From Squalus acanthias (lineage: Eukaryota), in the NCBI GenBank assembly GCA_030390025.1, contig CM059433.1, forward strand, positions 8,806,001-8,870,000: a stretch of DNA of 64,000 nt. The letters run 5' to 3'. Below, one piece after another: positions 1-12,759 of this stretch; positions within the stretch are counted from its first letter, which is position 1; each line of letters opens with the position of its first letter. The position numbers and the translations under genes are program-made. Under the pieces are notes generated by a model, which saw only the letters and a program-made list of their open reading frames with translations, had not been told where the DNA came from and did no database searches.

Positions 1-210
1 CTCCACAGTCGTATCGTAAGAAAACATGGAATAAGGAGAGGTCACTCCAAGCCATTCCTTCCAGAGCCAGTCAGCTCTATTATGTACTGTATCCAGCCCA
101 TTCAATCTCTTGAAGAAAGATTCTACAAAGATTCTCCCTACCCAACCCTAAATATAAATCAGACATATATATCTAGCTCTACATCTGCCCTACATTCTTC
201 ATCCTTGGCC

Positions 211-680
211 GCCACCTTCTTCTTAGGCAGTCCCTCGGAACCGAGGATGACTTGCTTCCACATTAAAAATGAGTTCTCAGGTGACTGATGAGTCCAATGC
301 GGGACCTACAGTCTCTGTCACAGGTGGGAGCAGCAGCTCCGAAAGCTTGTGATTTCAAATAAAACTGTTGGACTATAACCTGGTGTTGTGCGACTTCTCA
401 TTTTTGTCCACCCCAGTCCAACACCGGCATCTCCGCATCATGACAGGTGGGACAGACGGTGGTTGAAGGGGTGGGTGGGTGGGGTGCTTGGGTTGACGTG
501 CGCTGCTTCCGCTTGGCTTCCGCTTGCTCCCGGCAAAGAGACTTGAAGTGTTCGGCGCCTTCCCGGATGCTTCTCCTCCACTTTGTGCGGTCTTGGGCCA
601 GGGATTCCCAGGTGTCGGTGGGGATGTTGCACTTTTTCAAGGAGGCTTTGAGGTGCCTGCTGTACATGGTCCATGTCTCC
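211..680 (-). mobile_element. RTE-clade LINE 3' fragment with an internal deletion, interrupted by a Penelope 3' fragment
   Basis: Minus strand encodes ETWTMYSRHLKASLKKCNIPTDTWESLAQDR and the terminal RDCRSRIGLISHLRTH motif; same family as 24340 and 62325. Flanked by a 51-bp direct repeat (160-210 / 686-736). Confidence 0.9.
330..442 (+). mobile_element. Penelope-like family B 3' end (partial hammerhead plus tail)
   Basis: Near-identical to 20670-20782; TSD acaggtggga at 320-329 and 443-452. Confidence 0.88.
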
Positions 681-1628
681 CTATCCAAACATATATATCT
701 ACCTCTACATCTGCCCTACATTCTTCATCCTTGGCCATGGTATCAGCAGCTCAGGAACCAATGAGTTCAACACAGCATTCAATCACCTCTTTCTGTTTTT
801 ACCCTAATAACTCTCATCCTGTTCCCTAACCAGATATGCATACAGTTCTTTCGGAAGATTTTATAGTTGGCACAACGTTGGTTGATTTTGCTGGGTATCT
901 GTTCTCCATAAACACTCAGGAGGGAAAATCTTTGGGGGAGAATTTGGGTACCTTTGCGCCTCCCATTATCACCTCCAGCGGGGGGGGGGGGGTGATAACA
1001 GGGCGCTAACCGCTTACCACCCGGGCACAGCGAGAATATCACCTCCCGCTAAATTCGGCGGGAGGTTTGCGGCGGCGGTATGGCGTTGCGCCCCGATCTC
1101 CTTCGCCCGGAGATCGTGACGTCATCGCCGTGCGCATCGCCCCCAGTAGCGTCCCGGACCCGAACTTCGGTTCCGCCCCCTGCAGCATCGCCGGGCGGAA
1201 ACACCGGCAGCTGCCGGAGGCGTTCATCGGGAGGCCGGGCGCTTCAGGGAGAGGGCGATACTTAAAGGCAAGGTGGCCGAGGTAGGGAAAAAAATAATCA
1301 AATGCTCATTTTCGGGGGGTTTTTTCCCCTTTGTCTTCGCCAGCGATCAGTCAGCCCGGCTCTCTGCTGCAGTGCATCGGGCTGATCGAGCCGGATCGCG
1401 GCTGCCGTCGGGGATCGGGTAAATTTCCCCCTTGCAGAGCCTGCAGCGATGGCCCTTCCCTTTAAGGGAGGGAAAGAACCTTCCAACACGGCAGCGCCGC
1501 ACGGCCCAGTGTACAGGCGCTGCTCACCTACCGCCCGCCTGCTGCCTGTCGCGCTCCAGGAAGGAAGTGGAGCTTGATTTAGCGCTTGATCCACTTCCTT
1601 CCTGGAGCGCAAAACCGAATTTTTTTAA

Positions 1629-1921
1629 CTTCATCTAGCCTCAACCTGTCCCATTTCCACCTCCTCTCGCCTTGAATATCTCTTAATGTCTCTCAATGTC
1701 TCTTAATCTCTCCCGCTTTCTATCCTATCACTGACCTTCCCTTTTGTTCTTTCATCCCCTCCCCCTTTTCCCAGCATTATACTTGCTTTAAAATCTATTT
1801 CATTTCCTGCTTTTTTCCAGTTCTGACGAAAGGTCTTCGACCTGAAACGTTAACTCTGTTTCTCTCTCCACGGATGCTGCCTGGCCTGCTGAGTTTTTCC
1901 AGCGTTTTCTGTTGTTATTTT
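1629..1921 (+). mobile_element. Penelope-like family A 3' UTR fragment
   Basis: Matches 5930-6210; flanked by a gaatttttt duplication; contains a hammerhead. Confidence 0.85.
1819..1855 (+). ncRNA. Minimal type I hammerhead ribozyme motif (family A)
   Basis: AGUU-CUGACGA-A-AGGUC(UUC)GACCU-GAAAC-GUU-AACU: core plus stems I and II; stem III is the palindrome AACGUU. Confidence 0.8.
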
Positions 1922-2589
1922 GAATTTTTTAAAGTTGAGAACCATTCGTGCCTGGCGCTAATTTTCTCAACTTTTAAAAGCAAACGCCCCAAACGGCCCA
2001 ATAATGAATTTCTCCCGCGATCTAATCTCATGCCTTGATTGAGTTTGTTAATTTTATGCTAATGTCCTCTAGTGCTCCGTATACCTTTCAAACTGACCTG
2101 CTTGCATTTGCGATTTCCTTCCCTCTCAGCATTTCAAAAAACTGGCTCATGCCTCCTCTCGACCTTTACTCCAGTGAAAACAAGTTCAGTTTAGTGAGTC
2201 TCTCCTCATAACTCATACCCCAGAATCATCGTTATGGCTCTTTCCCAAACAATCGCCAATGCTGTTGAAGACAAGACTACAAACATTATTCTAAATTTGG
2301 TCTTGACAATGAGGTCACAATAACTTATGTCAACTTATGATCAAGTGCACTTGAGATGATTCCCAGAACTTAATTCGCCTTCTTGATAACAGCTTCCCAT
2401 TGTTGTGTGGATTCTTTCAGTGAGTGAGTAATAATCACATCCCAAGTTCTGTGGGCATCAGTGGGTGAAATGACACAAACCCAAAATATAACAGAACTGG
2501 ATCCATGTCCCTGTGAGACTGCAGTCCTGCCAAGCTGCTGCTAGTTTTGTTTTGAAAAGGAATATTAAAAACAAAAATCTTGACTTGCT

Positions 2590-3340
2590 TCAAGCTATGC
2601 TAAACTTGTAGAGACTTGGTGAGACCACATCGGAGCACTGTGCACAGTTCTGGTCTCCATATTATGGAAAGGATACAGAGGCACTGCAGAAGGTGCAAAA
2701 AAGATTCACCAAGGTGATACCAGAACTGAAAGGATCGACCTATCAGGAAAGGTTGAACAGGCTGGGGCTCTTTTCTCTAGAAAAGAGAAGGCTGAGGGGT
2801 GACCTGATAGAGGTCTTTAAGATAATGAAAGGGTTTGATAGGGTAGACGTAGAGAAAATGTTTCCACTTGTGGGGGAGACCAGAACTGGAGGTCATGGAC
2901 AATGTTCCCTCGAATTTTGTTTGGCCCTGCGTGGCCCCTTTAAGGGGCTGCGCGGGTCATTCGAAATACTGCGCGTGCGTGGTTTTCGTATTGAAAAGCC
3001 GGCTGCACAGGGTTTCCTGGAGCGCTGCGCGGCCGCACAGCCATGCAGCTTACAGGGGAACATTGGCCATCAATATAAGATCGCCACTCATAAATCCAAA
3101 GTGGAATTCAGAAGAAACTTCTTTAGCCAGAGAGTGGTGAGATAATGGAACTCGCTCCCGCAGGGAGTGGTTGAGGCGAAGAGCACGGAAGCATTTAAGG
3201 GGGAAGCTGGACAAGCTCATGAGGGAGAAAGGAATAGAAGGACGTGAAGTGAGGCGGGGAAGAGGCTCGTGTGGAGCATAAATGCCGGCTTAGAGCAGCT
3301 GGGCTGAATGGCCTGTTTCTGTGCTGGACACTCGATGTAG
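2590..3340 (+). mobile_element. CR1 LINE 3' fragment interrupted by a hAT MITE
   Basis: CR1 ORF2 C-terminal motifs (LGLFSLEKRRLRGDLIEVFKIM, RRNFFSQRVV). Confidence 0.9.
2900..3065. mobile_element. hAT-type MITE
   Basis: TIRs caatgttccc / gggaacattg; degenerate 8-bp TSD gtcatgga / gccatcaa within CR1; partial second copy at about 57020. Confidence 0.75.
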
Positions 3341-3754
3341 CTCGCTGTAACATTCAGCGACAGATAACTTTCTCTTCCTTACATTCACAGGGACACGGTT
3401 CAGAGCTGATATTTACTGTGTACATTTCATTGCATGCAAATCAAAACATGATCCTGTATGTATGGGTACACAGTGGGCAGGACACACCCCAAAGCTCGAA
3501 CTTGCCTGTCTGTACCCGAGATCACAAACAAATACATTCAGTTTACAGGTGGGCCAAGTAACTAGTAGTGCATTTCTAATTTTTTCCCATTATGTCGACA
3601 AAGATACATTATTACAATTTATGGGCGTTTTAAAAGTACTCGGTGGGTCAATTTTGACTTCGGGTGACAGTGTGAAACAGGCGCTAATGATTCAGCCGCC
3701 CCTTCTACATCTCTCCCAATTTTTGATTACACTAAGTTGTTGACTAAAAAATGA

Positions 3755-4252
3755 CATAGAAACATAGAAACATAGAAGATGAGATCATGGCTGATCATCC
3801 AAATTCAGTACCCTGTCCCTGCTTTCTCCCCATATCACTTGATCCCTTTAGCCTTAAGAAATATACCTAACTCCTTCTTGAATATATTTAATGAATTGGC
3901 CTCAACTGCCGTCTGTGGTAGAGAATTCCACAGGTTCACCACTCTCTGGGTGAAGAAATTCCTCCTCATCTCAGTCCTAAATGGCTTACCCCTTATCCTT
4001 AGACTGTGACCCCTGGTTCTGGACTCCCCCGCCATCGGGAACATCCTTCCTGCATCTAGTCTGTCTAGTCCTGTTAGAATTTTATAAGTTTCAATGAGAT
4101 CCCCTCTCATTCTTCTAAACTCTAGCGAATACAAGCCCAATCGTCCCAATCTCTCTTCGTATGTCATTCCTGCCATCCCAGGTATCAGTCTGGTGAATCT
4201 TCGCTGCACTCCCTCCATGGCAAGAACATCCTTGCTCAGATAAGGCGACCAA
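3755..4252 (-). mobile_element. CR1 LINE 3' fragment
   Basis: Minus-strand ORF with LGLYSLEFRRMRGDLIETYK; (tttctatg)n tail. Confidence 0.92.
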
Positions 4253-5009
4253 TGCCAGTTAGCCTGAAATGACAAATTAAACTTTAGCGGAAATGAACTG
4301 CGTAACGTAGAAGAGCTGCAGCATTTCACTCTGTATTAATGTACTGGGACTCTGACTGCAGTGTGACATCGACATTTCTGCACTAGATAGCGGGAGGTAA
4401 AGGTGGTCAGAATAATTGACTTCAGCAGTTGTGCTGCAAAATTGCACAGAGTCATTGGCAGGTTAAAGTAGCTTTCAGTTAACTTCAACACGATGTGAAA
4501 TAACTGGCAGGGATTCAGCGTGCTGCCTTCTATTAAAGCACCATAAGCATCGTATTTAATTTCTCACCAAAATACCAAATACTGATAGAAATTTCACTTA
4601 GCAAATATATACCATATACCAGATGCAATACAATGATAAAGCCAGATTTTCTACCCCATTTTAGATTATCTCTGTTGGAATCACAAAGTTGGACAAGTTA
4701 CCCCTAAAGTCTGTGTGTCGTTTTGAAAGATGCAATTCCCTCTTTCACCCAGATCTGAGTTATAAGTGACGTAATCTGCTTCACCACAGTTGAACATACT
4801 GACCCGTGGCTCTGCACCTGGTGTTTTGGCATTTCCTGATTGCAGTTGTAGTGGAATCATGTGCTTGTTTGTTTGATTAAAGCCTGCAGCAACAGCTCAT
4901 CGAAACCCCTACTACAGTACACGCCTAAAGGCGCGTCTGCTGACTTTGTGCGCCTCCTCATCCAACAAGATCACATATCAGAGATTCCGTACACTTCCCT
5001 GACCACAAT

Positions 5010-5537
5010 TATTTTAAGGAGGGATATATTTGCATTGGAGGCAGTTCAGAGAAGGTTCACTAGGTTGATTCCTGGGATGAAGGGGTTGTCGTTTGAGGAA
5101 AGGTTGAGCGGGTTGGGCCTATACTCACTGGAGTTTAGAAGAATGAGAGGTGATCTTATTGAAATATATAAGATTCTGAGGGGGCTCGACAGGGTAGATG
5201 CAGAGAGGATGTTTCCCCTCGTGGGGGAATCTAGAACGAGGGGGCATAATTTCAGAATAAGGGGTCACCCACTTAAGACGGAGATGAGGAGGAATTTCTT
5301 CTCTCAGAGGGTCGTGAATCTTTGGAATTCTTTGCCCCAGAGAGCTGTGGAGACTGAGTCATTGAATATATTCAAGGCTGAGATAGACAGATATTTGAGC
5401 AACGGGGGAGTCGAGGGTTATGGGGAGCGGGCGGGAAAGTGGAGTTGAGGCCAAAATCGATCAGCCATGATCTTATTGAATGGCGGAGCAGGCTCGAGGG
5501 GCCGAATGGCCTACTCCTGCTCCTATTTCTTATGTTC
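5010..5537 (+). mobile_element. CR1 LINE 3' fragment
   Basis: ORF2 C-terminus and CR1 3' UTR ending tttcttatgttc. Confidence 0.92.
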
Positions 5538-5719
5538 AATTGGTCAGAAAATCGTCGTCAGCGCAGCCCAGAATTTCCTGGCCAGCGTGTCTCCTCACCA
5601 GGAGTGTAAAGTCAGCGAATCATCGCTCAAGAACTAAATAGCAATGTCCTTTTCCTCATGAGGCTGTAACAGCCAATATAATAGGAATAAAGTGTTCCAA
5701 TCTGAAAGGATTACACCAA

Positions 5720-6241
5720 TCAAGCTCGAGGAACAGCACCTCATTTTTCGATTAGGCACTTTACAACCGTCTGGACTCAACATAGAGTTCAACAATTTCA
5801 GATCATAACCTCGGCCCCGATCATAAATATATATTTTATCCACACCTTTTGTTTGTGTCTATTCTTCTCTCCCACATGGCAGCTGTCTTTCATTCTGTCA
5901 GCGCAATTCACACTTCATCTAGAGCCATCCTTTGTTTCTTAACCTGTCCCATTACCATCTCCTTTTGCCTTGAATATCTCTTAATGTCTCTTAACCTCTC
6001 CTGCCTTCTATCCTATCACAGACCTTCCCTTTTGTTCTTTCATCCCCTCCCCCCTTTCCCAGCCCCTGCACTTGCTTAAAAATCTGTTCCATTTCCTGCT
6101 TTTTTCCAGTTCTGATGAAAGGTCATCGACCTGAAACGTTAACTCTGTTTCTCTCTTCACAGATGCTGCCTGGCCTGCTGAGTATCTCCAGCATTTTCTG
6201 TTTTTATTTCAGATTTCCAGCATCTGCAGTAATTTCTTTTT
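5720..6241 (+). mobile_element. Penelope-like family A 3' end (GIY-YIG C-terminus, 3' UTR, hammerhead at 6108-6144)
   Basis: Encodes KLEEQHLIFRLGTLQPSGLNIEFNNFRS* (PLE endonuclease GLN motif); hammerhead core CUGAUGA...GAAACGUU. Confidence 0.87.
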
Positions 6242-7205
6242 AAAATGTAAGAATTTCTCCATGGGAAGCAAGGACTATATTAACCGAGAGAGTGAAGTAG
6301 ATTGTTACACCAGCCCTGAAGTTTGAGAGTAGCTCAGAGGCACAAGCTGCACATAAAAGAAAAAGAAAGAAAGATTTGCTTTTATAAAGCACCTTTCACT
6401 ATACCTCAGGATGTCCCAAAACTGCTTACAGCCAATGAAGTACTTTTTGAAGTGTAGTCGCTGTTGTAATGTCGACATCACACGCCATGTCTATATGTGT
6501 AGACATTACTGCAGCTGCAATCGATATAACCCCGGTACTGCTAAGATGGATCATTAATATATCTAGATTATTAGAAATTAAAGCCCGGAATTTCCCTGTA
6601 AATTTAGGTTTTGAATTGTTCTTACTGAGACCTACACTACAGTTAACCAAAGTGCTGTCAGTCACCCAAAATTATCCAGCACCTCCCCCGTCCGTCCCCC
6701 ACGAGTGTTTAGAATTCCTAAGCAGCAGGAATGGCCGTGCCAATTAAAAATGGGAATACTGTTGAGACACTGGAAACACACTGAATAAGGAAACTTATAA
6801 ACAAATTAAAGAGAGAAGCAGTCCGCCACCTATTATGAAGAATGGCGTGTGTTCTGTGCTTTTATAATGCTCAGTACAGTACGAGTGGAGTCGGTTCCCT
6901 TATTCATCCCAGCAACACCCAGCTCTACCTCTGCACCAACACCCTCGATCCCATAGCTACCTCTGTGCTGTCAGTGTGCCTGACATCAGGTTGCAGATGA
7001 GCCAGAACTTCCTCCAGTTGAATACTGGGCCATTGTATTCATCTCCTGCCGAAGCGACCATACTCTTGATCCTAACTTTATCCCGCTCCGCGGCTGCTCC
7101 ATCAGGTTGCGCCAGACAGCCTGCAACCTTAGTGTCCTGAGCTGAGATTCAAGTTCCATATCCTGTCCATCATCAAAAACAGCCTGCTTTCACCTCTGCA
7201 ACATT

Positions 7206-7800
7206 GGCCCAAAAATTCGGCCGAATATGGGAGAGTACCCACTGAGTACTCACCCGTATTCGTTCCCGAAGTTCCGGTTTCCTGCATGCACTGCGCATGC
7301 GTGGGAAACCGGCACTTCCGGTATGGTGAAGGGGGCGGTTCCTAGGTGAACCGCGTGCACGGTAGAGGCTGCGCGCACGCAGCACACTTAGGTTTTTTTT
7401 CAGGTTTCAACGCAAGGGTAAGTATGGAAGATTTTACACAAGAAAAAAGGAGGCGCAAGACCCATTTTGAACAAGGTAAGTAGTTAATTAAGTATAATTT
7501 TTAATTTTTTTCAACAGGTTTATCTTTTTAAGAGACTTTAAAGAAAGGTAAGTTTATTTTTATAACTTTTTAAAAAAAAAAAAAAATTTTCAAAAATTTT
7601 AATTTTTGTTTAAAGTGCTTAATTTATTTAACTATAGTTATTTTATTAATGTGATGGGTTTTTTTTAAATTTATTTGAGGTTTAGCTGTTCTTTTGGGGC
7701 CGATTTCAATTCACAGATTTGACAGGTCTCCTGTCAAATCTATGAATGAAAGATGGTCTGCTGCCATTGGCTCTCCATGGCCCACGTGATCCCAGAGGTC
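7206..7800. mobile_element. Partial MITE, related to 11445-12209
   Basis: Shared GC-rich ends, AT-rich core and tttgacag/ctgtcaaa hairpin. Confidence 0.6.
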
Positions 7801-9479
7801 GCATCGCACTAACTACGCCCCGTCCGCTTCCTCCATCACACTCTCTCCACTGCCAAAGGCCTTATCCATGCCGTTGTTACTTCAAGACTCAGCTTCTTGA
7901 ACACCTTCCTCACCATCCTCCCAAACTGCTCCCTGTGCAAACTCCAACTTGCCCAAAACTGCATCACTGTATCTTACGCCATATTAGGTCTCATCCCCTT
8001 ATCACCACTGCCCTCGCTGACATCCACTCCTTTCCAGTCTCCAGTGCGCCAAATTGAAAATCCTTGGCTTCATTTACAAATCTCTCCCAGGTCTCACCAC
8101 ACCCTGTCTTTGCAACTTCCCCCCAACTCGACATTCCAAGCTGTGTCCTACAATCCTCCAACTTTTGTTCCCCCCCCCCAACCCCCTGGTGGCAGAGTTG
8201 TCAGCCACCTTGGCTTCACTCTCAGGAAACCCGCTGTCAACCCGCCTCCACGCGAGTCTCCCAGGTGTCGGGTCTGTCAGCGGAGAACTGACCCGACACC
8301 AAGCGGCGGGGGGGAGACAATTCAGCCACTTAAATGGCTTGTTAGGAGCCAATCTAAGAATATTTTTGAGGCTCACTTCTAATTTTACCTTCTCCCCCCA
8401 CGGGTTACCCGCTGTTCGGGGAACACGCCAGCTCAACCTGGCGTGTTTTGAGTCTGCTCTGATGTTTGTGAAAAGCGGGCTGAACAAGACCAATCAAGGG
8501 AAAATCACATCTGCAGAGTGGAGGCAGCTGGGAGCGGGACCGGAACCCGGAAACCAGCTCTCCCGCCCCCATCCCACCTCCGCCATTAAATTCGCGGCCT
8601 AAAATTCCCACAACAATTAATCCTGAATAGGTAACAATAGATTTATCGTTCGTATTGTGTCAGTACATGTAAAGTGTCACCTATTGTTCAAGCCAAACAT
8701 TATCCAGCATCAGTTGTACTATTATGAATCACTTATACTTTTCACTAGTACGTCAAAATTACAGAATATCTTTCCTTAGTTATGTATGCCACTGGCTATA
8801 TTCAAAGGATGATTTGGTTTTATTAACAAAAATTAAATACAAACAGCTTTGGAAAAATAATCAGCCTCAGAATAACAAAGGAAGGTCAAAAAAAAAAGGC
8901 GAAACAACAAAGAGAACTGAAAGGAAAACAGATTTGAATTATTACAGATTCCTTTAAGAATGACCTTTGGATTGATTGGGTTCCGTTTATTGTTCTCACA
9001 GTCACCAGAAGGGTTCCTTCTCCCTGACAGCTGTCAAAGGCCCGAAGTGGAATAACTTCGAATGCAGCCCTAACTCAGCACAGACAATGGCCATTAATAA
9101 ATTATTATTAATTGCCACTACTTTGCTAAATATTTAGCAAGGCTCAAGACAGGTCCTTGCCAGGAGCAGGGTCGAGAAGTGGGGGATTTCACAGGACCCC
9201 ACCACACACTACATCAGAATCAAATCAAGGAAAGTATGAATCACTGTGTTAGTACCTCACTGACATTTAGGTCATAAAGAATTGGTAAAAGCATTTGTTA
9301 AGCCTTCCACTGATGGTGGGGAGATCTACTGAAATTATCATAAGAGATGAAATTTTAGCGAATACAAAAAATGGGACTGGCGTTTTAAACCAGTAAGGGT
9401 AAGTAACAGTAAGTAATATTGCCGGTAAGTATTACAAATGTTAATTATTGTGGCTGGAAAGCAAAGAGAATGGCCTTCG

Positions 9480-11112
9480 ATAAGGTACCCCATAATAGAC
9501 TAATGAATAAGGTCAGAGAATGCGGAGTCAGGGGGCAAGTGGCAGAATGGATTGCTGGCTGGCTTCAAGACAGAAACATAGAAACATAGAAACATAGAAA
9601 CTAGGAGCAGGAGTAGGCCATTCGGCCCGTCGAGCCTGCTCCACCATTCAATACGATCATGGCTGATCATCCAAATCCAGTACCCTGTCCCTGCTCTCTC
9701 ACACAGAATTCCCACCGAGCCTGCACCGACACATATCCCACCCTATCCCCGTAACCCCACGTATTTAATTCCCGCTAACATAGCCCATCCTATCCCCGTA
9801 ACCCCACATATTTAATCTCCCCCTAACACTAAGGGTCAATTTATCATAGCCAAATCAACCTAACCCGCACATTTTTGGACTGTGGGAGGAAACCGGAGCA
9901 CCCGGAGGAAACCCACGCAGACACGGGGAGAATGTGCAAACTCCACACAGACAGTCACCCGAGGCCAGATTCGAACCCGGGTCCCTGGCGCTGTGAGGCA
10001 CCAGTGCTAACCACTATGCCACCCTTTACTCCCAATCTCAGAAAGCAGAGATTGGGAGTAAAGGGTAGCTATTCACAGTGGCAGAAGATGGGTAGCGGTG
10101 TTCCACAAGGATCAGTGCTGGGACCACTGCTGTTCACAATTTACATTAACGATTTAGACTTTGGAATCAAAAACACAATTTCTAAATTTGCAGATGATAC
10201 CAAATTGCGGGGGATAGTCAATACTGAGGAGGACTGCAACAAGTTACAGGAGGACATTAATAAACTTGCAGAATGGGCAAATAATTGGCAAATGAAGTTC
10301 AACACAGATAAATGTGAGGTATTACATTTTGATAGGAAGAATAGGGAGGTCACATATCACTTGGAGGGTGCGAGTCTAGGTGCGGTAGAGGAACAAAGGG
10401 ATCTCAAAGTACAAATGCACAAATCACTAAAAGTTGCGATGCAGGTTAGCAAGGCCATAAAAAAAGCAAACCAAGCACTAGGGTTTATTTCTAGAGGGAT
10501 AGAATTGAAAAGTAGGGAAGTTATGTTAAGCCTGTATCGAACCTTGGTTAGACCACACTTGGAGTACTGCGTGCAGTTCTGGTCGCCATATTATAAAAAG
10601 GATATAGAGGCACTGGAGAGGGTACAGAGAAGATTTACAAGGATGATACCAGAAATGCGAGGGTATACATATCAGGAAAGGATGAATAAGCTGGGTCTCT
10701 TTTCCCTTGAAAAAGAAGGCTGAGGGGTGACCTAATAGAAAATGATGAGAGGTTTTGATAGAGTGGATACAGAGAGAATGTTTCCACTTGTGGGAAGAGG
10801 CATAACTAGAGGCCATCAATATAAGATAGTCACCAAGAAATCCAATAGGGAATTCAGAAGAAACTTCTTTACCCAGAGAGTGGTGAGAATGTGGAACTCG
10901 CTACCACAGGGAGTGATTGAAGCGAATAGTATGGATGCATTTAAGGGGAGGCTGGACAAGCATATGAGGGAGAAGGGGATAGAGGGTTACGCTGATAGAT
11001 TTAGATGAGGCAAGACGGGAGGAGGCTCGAGTGGAGCATAAACGCCGGCATGGACTGGTTGGGCCGAATGGCCTGTTTCTGTGCCGTATATCCTATGTAA
11101 TCCTATGTAATA
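9480..11112 (+). mobile_element. CR1 LINE RT fragment interrupted by an HE1-like SINE
   Basis: GVPQGSVLGP and FADDTK motifs; (atcctatgta) tail; sequence resumes at 10038 after the SINE, with cagaaa duplicated. Confidence 0.92.
9573..10037 (-). mobile_element. HE1-like V-SINE with a CR1-derived 3' tail
   Basis: tRNA head with A box (tggcatagtgg) and B box (ggttcgaatc); V-domain gtgtggagtttgcacattctccccgtgtctgcgtgggtttcc; CR1-type 3' UTR and (tttctatg)n tail. Confidence 0.85.
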
Positions 11113-11158
11113 CTAATTAGTATGGATAATAACTATAACAATGAACGATACACTCAAG

Positions 11159-11316
11159 GGGGGAGATTTTGACTTTGTGCCGTAGTGTAAAATGGGTGAT
11201 AGTGAATCGGCAGCCCATTTTACATCTCTCCCGATAAAAACCAAGAGAGATGTAAAACTGGCTGCCGATTCGCTATCACCCGTTTTACATTATCGCACAA
11301 AATCAAAATTACCACC
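11159..11316. mobile_element. Short fold-back MITE (Harbinger-like)
   Basis: About 155-bp near-complete inverted repeat; 3-bp TSD aag; relatives at 38287-38473 and about 3643-3730. Confidence 0.75.
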
Positions 11317-11444
11317 AAGGAGTGATAAGTACTGCATAGAACAAGTGATTTCCTACTGAATTTTTACAGACTCCCCATGTAGTGTGAGTTACTACTATAA
11401 GTCCCATATTTATGCGTAAAAAGTCCCAGGAGTGGTGAAAACGT

Positions 11445-12209
11445 TGGCCCGTAATTTCCGATAGGAGGCTTCCTGCGTGCAGATGCCTCCTATCGGGAAA
11501 AAATCTACGCCCTTGCCTGAGGGCTCCCGAGGTCCGGACTCTTCCGATCCTGGGCCTCTCCTGGTCCGCGCGCGCAGAGGCCCACGTATCCCAGGGGCGC
11601 AGGCGGTTCGCAAGCATCCCTGGGATCACGTGGGCCAGGCGAGCCAATGGGAGAAGGGAATCTCCCTTCATACTTTTGACAGGTGGACCCGTCAAATATA
11701 TGAATGGAGATCACCCCAAAAAGACACTACAACATTAAATAAACTTTTAAAAAACCATCCCGTTTTTAAAATGAGTTAAAATTACATTAAATTAAATATT
11801 TGAAACAAAAATGTAATTTTTGGAAAAAAATAATTAAAGTTTTTTACAGGGCTAAAAATAAACTTACCTTTTTTTTAAAGTATTTTTAAATTATAAATGA
11901 GTGAAAAAATTTTTTTTTTAACTTTTTTAAACTCTTATGTTGGTAAAAGCAGGCCTTACTCCTGCTTTTACCAGGCGTAAGATTTTTAAGGGTTTTCAGC
12001 GAGCGGAGGTTCTGTAGAAAGCGGAACTCTCCCCCCCGCAGAGGCCCTTCTCCAGGGCAGGCGTCCGATCTGTCAAGAGCATTCTCGACAGATCGGAAAT
12101 GCTGGTTTTCAGCGCATGTGCTTCGCATGCCTGAAACCGGCATTTCCGATGTCCCTACGGGTGTGTACACAGCCCGTGCCCACCCATAGGGATCGGAAAA
12201 TACGGGCCC
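11445..12209. mobile_element. MITE with TIRs (probably Harbinger-type)
   Basis: TIRs ggcccgtaatttccgat / atcggaaaatacgggcc; a further end fragment at about 61740-61878. Confidence 0.75.
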
Positions 12210-12759
12210 TAGTTTTTGAGTGGCTTTGAGTTGCCCTAACCATGCCCAGTAAATACCTTGAAAATGAAGTACTATAGATGTGATAAGTACTCTGAGCAAC
12301 AAGTGTTTCCAGGTAGTTCTTAATTTCTTTTAACAATTTGTTTTGAAAGTAGCGCTGCTCTGTGTATCTCCGTAAAACACCTGAACAAACAATGGAGCAG
12401 ACTCTCTCCCGTGGCATCTGTGGAGGGAATCCCTCACAGGATCTCCATTTTCCACCATTGCTTTAAGTATGAATGAAATGAAACCAACTTGAGCCACCTT
12501 TTTCTTTCTTCAGGCTTGATGGAGGTTTGGCTGTTTTCAAAATATTAATCAACCCGGCACCTGGTAAACAGCCACGGGACGGTACTTATCAACCATAAGA
12601 CTAACTGCTACACCTCCCGTTTTAGCTTTTCCACCACTCCGCTGAACAGAAAATCCAACGCCGAGAAAGTTGAAAAAAGTTTTATTACAAGCTCCCCTTT
12701 AGAAAAAGCTTGCTCTTGACTTTGCCACAAACAGCACTCAGAGGAAATCTTCCACTCGG

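Larger units (their letters stand above)
934..2018. mobile_element. GC-rich non-autonomous PIF/Harbinger-type element, interrupted by a PLE fragment
   Basis: Ends gggggagaatt ... gaatttctcccgc; subterminal motifs shared with the Harbinger at 43492. Confidence 0.7.

Noticed and set aside
285..313. ctgatgagtccaatgcgggac resembles a hammerhead core with stem II
   Set aside because: No GAAA follows; it is the antisense of the RTE coding motif RIGLISH.
9875..10723. 282-aa fusion ORF
   Set aside because: Antisense SINE sequence happens to be in frame with CR1 RT.
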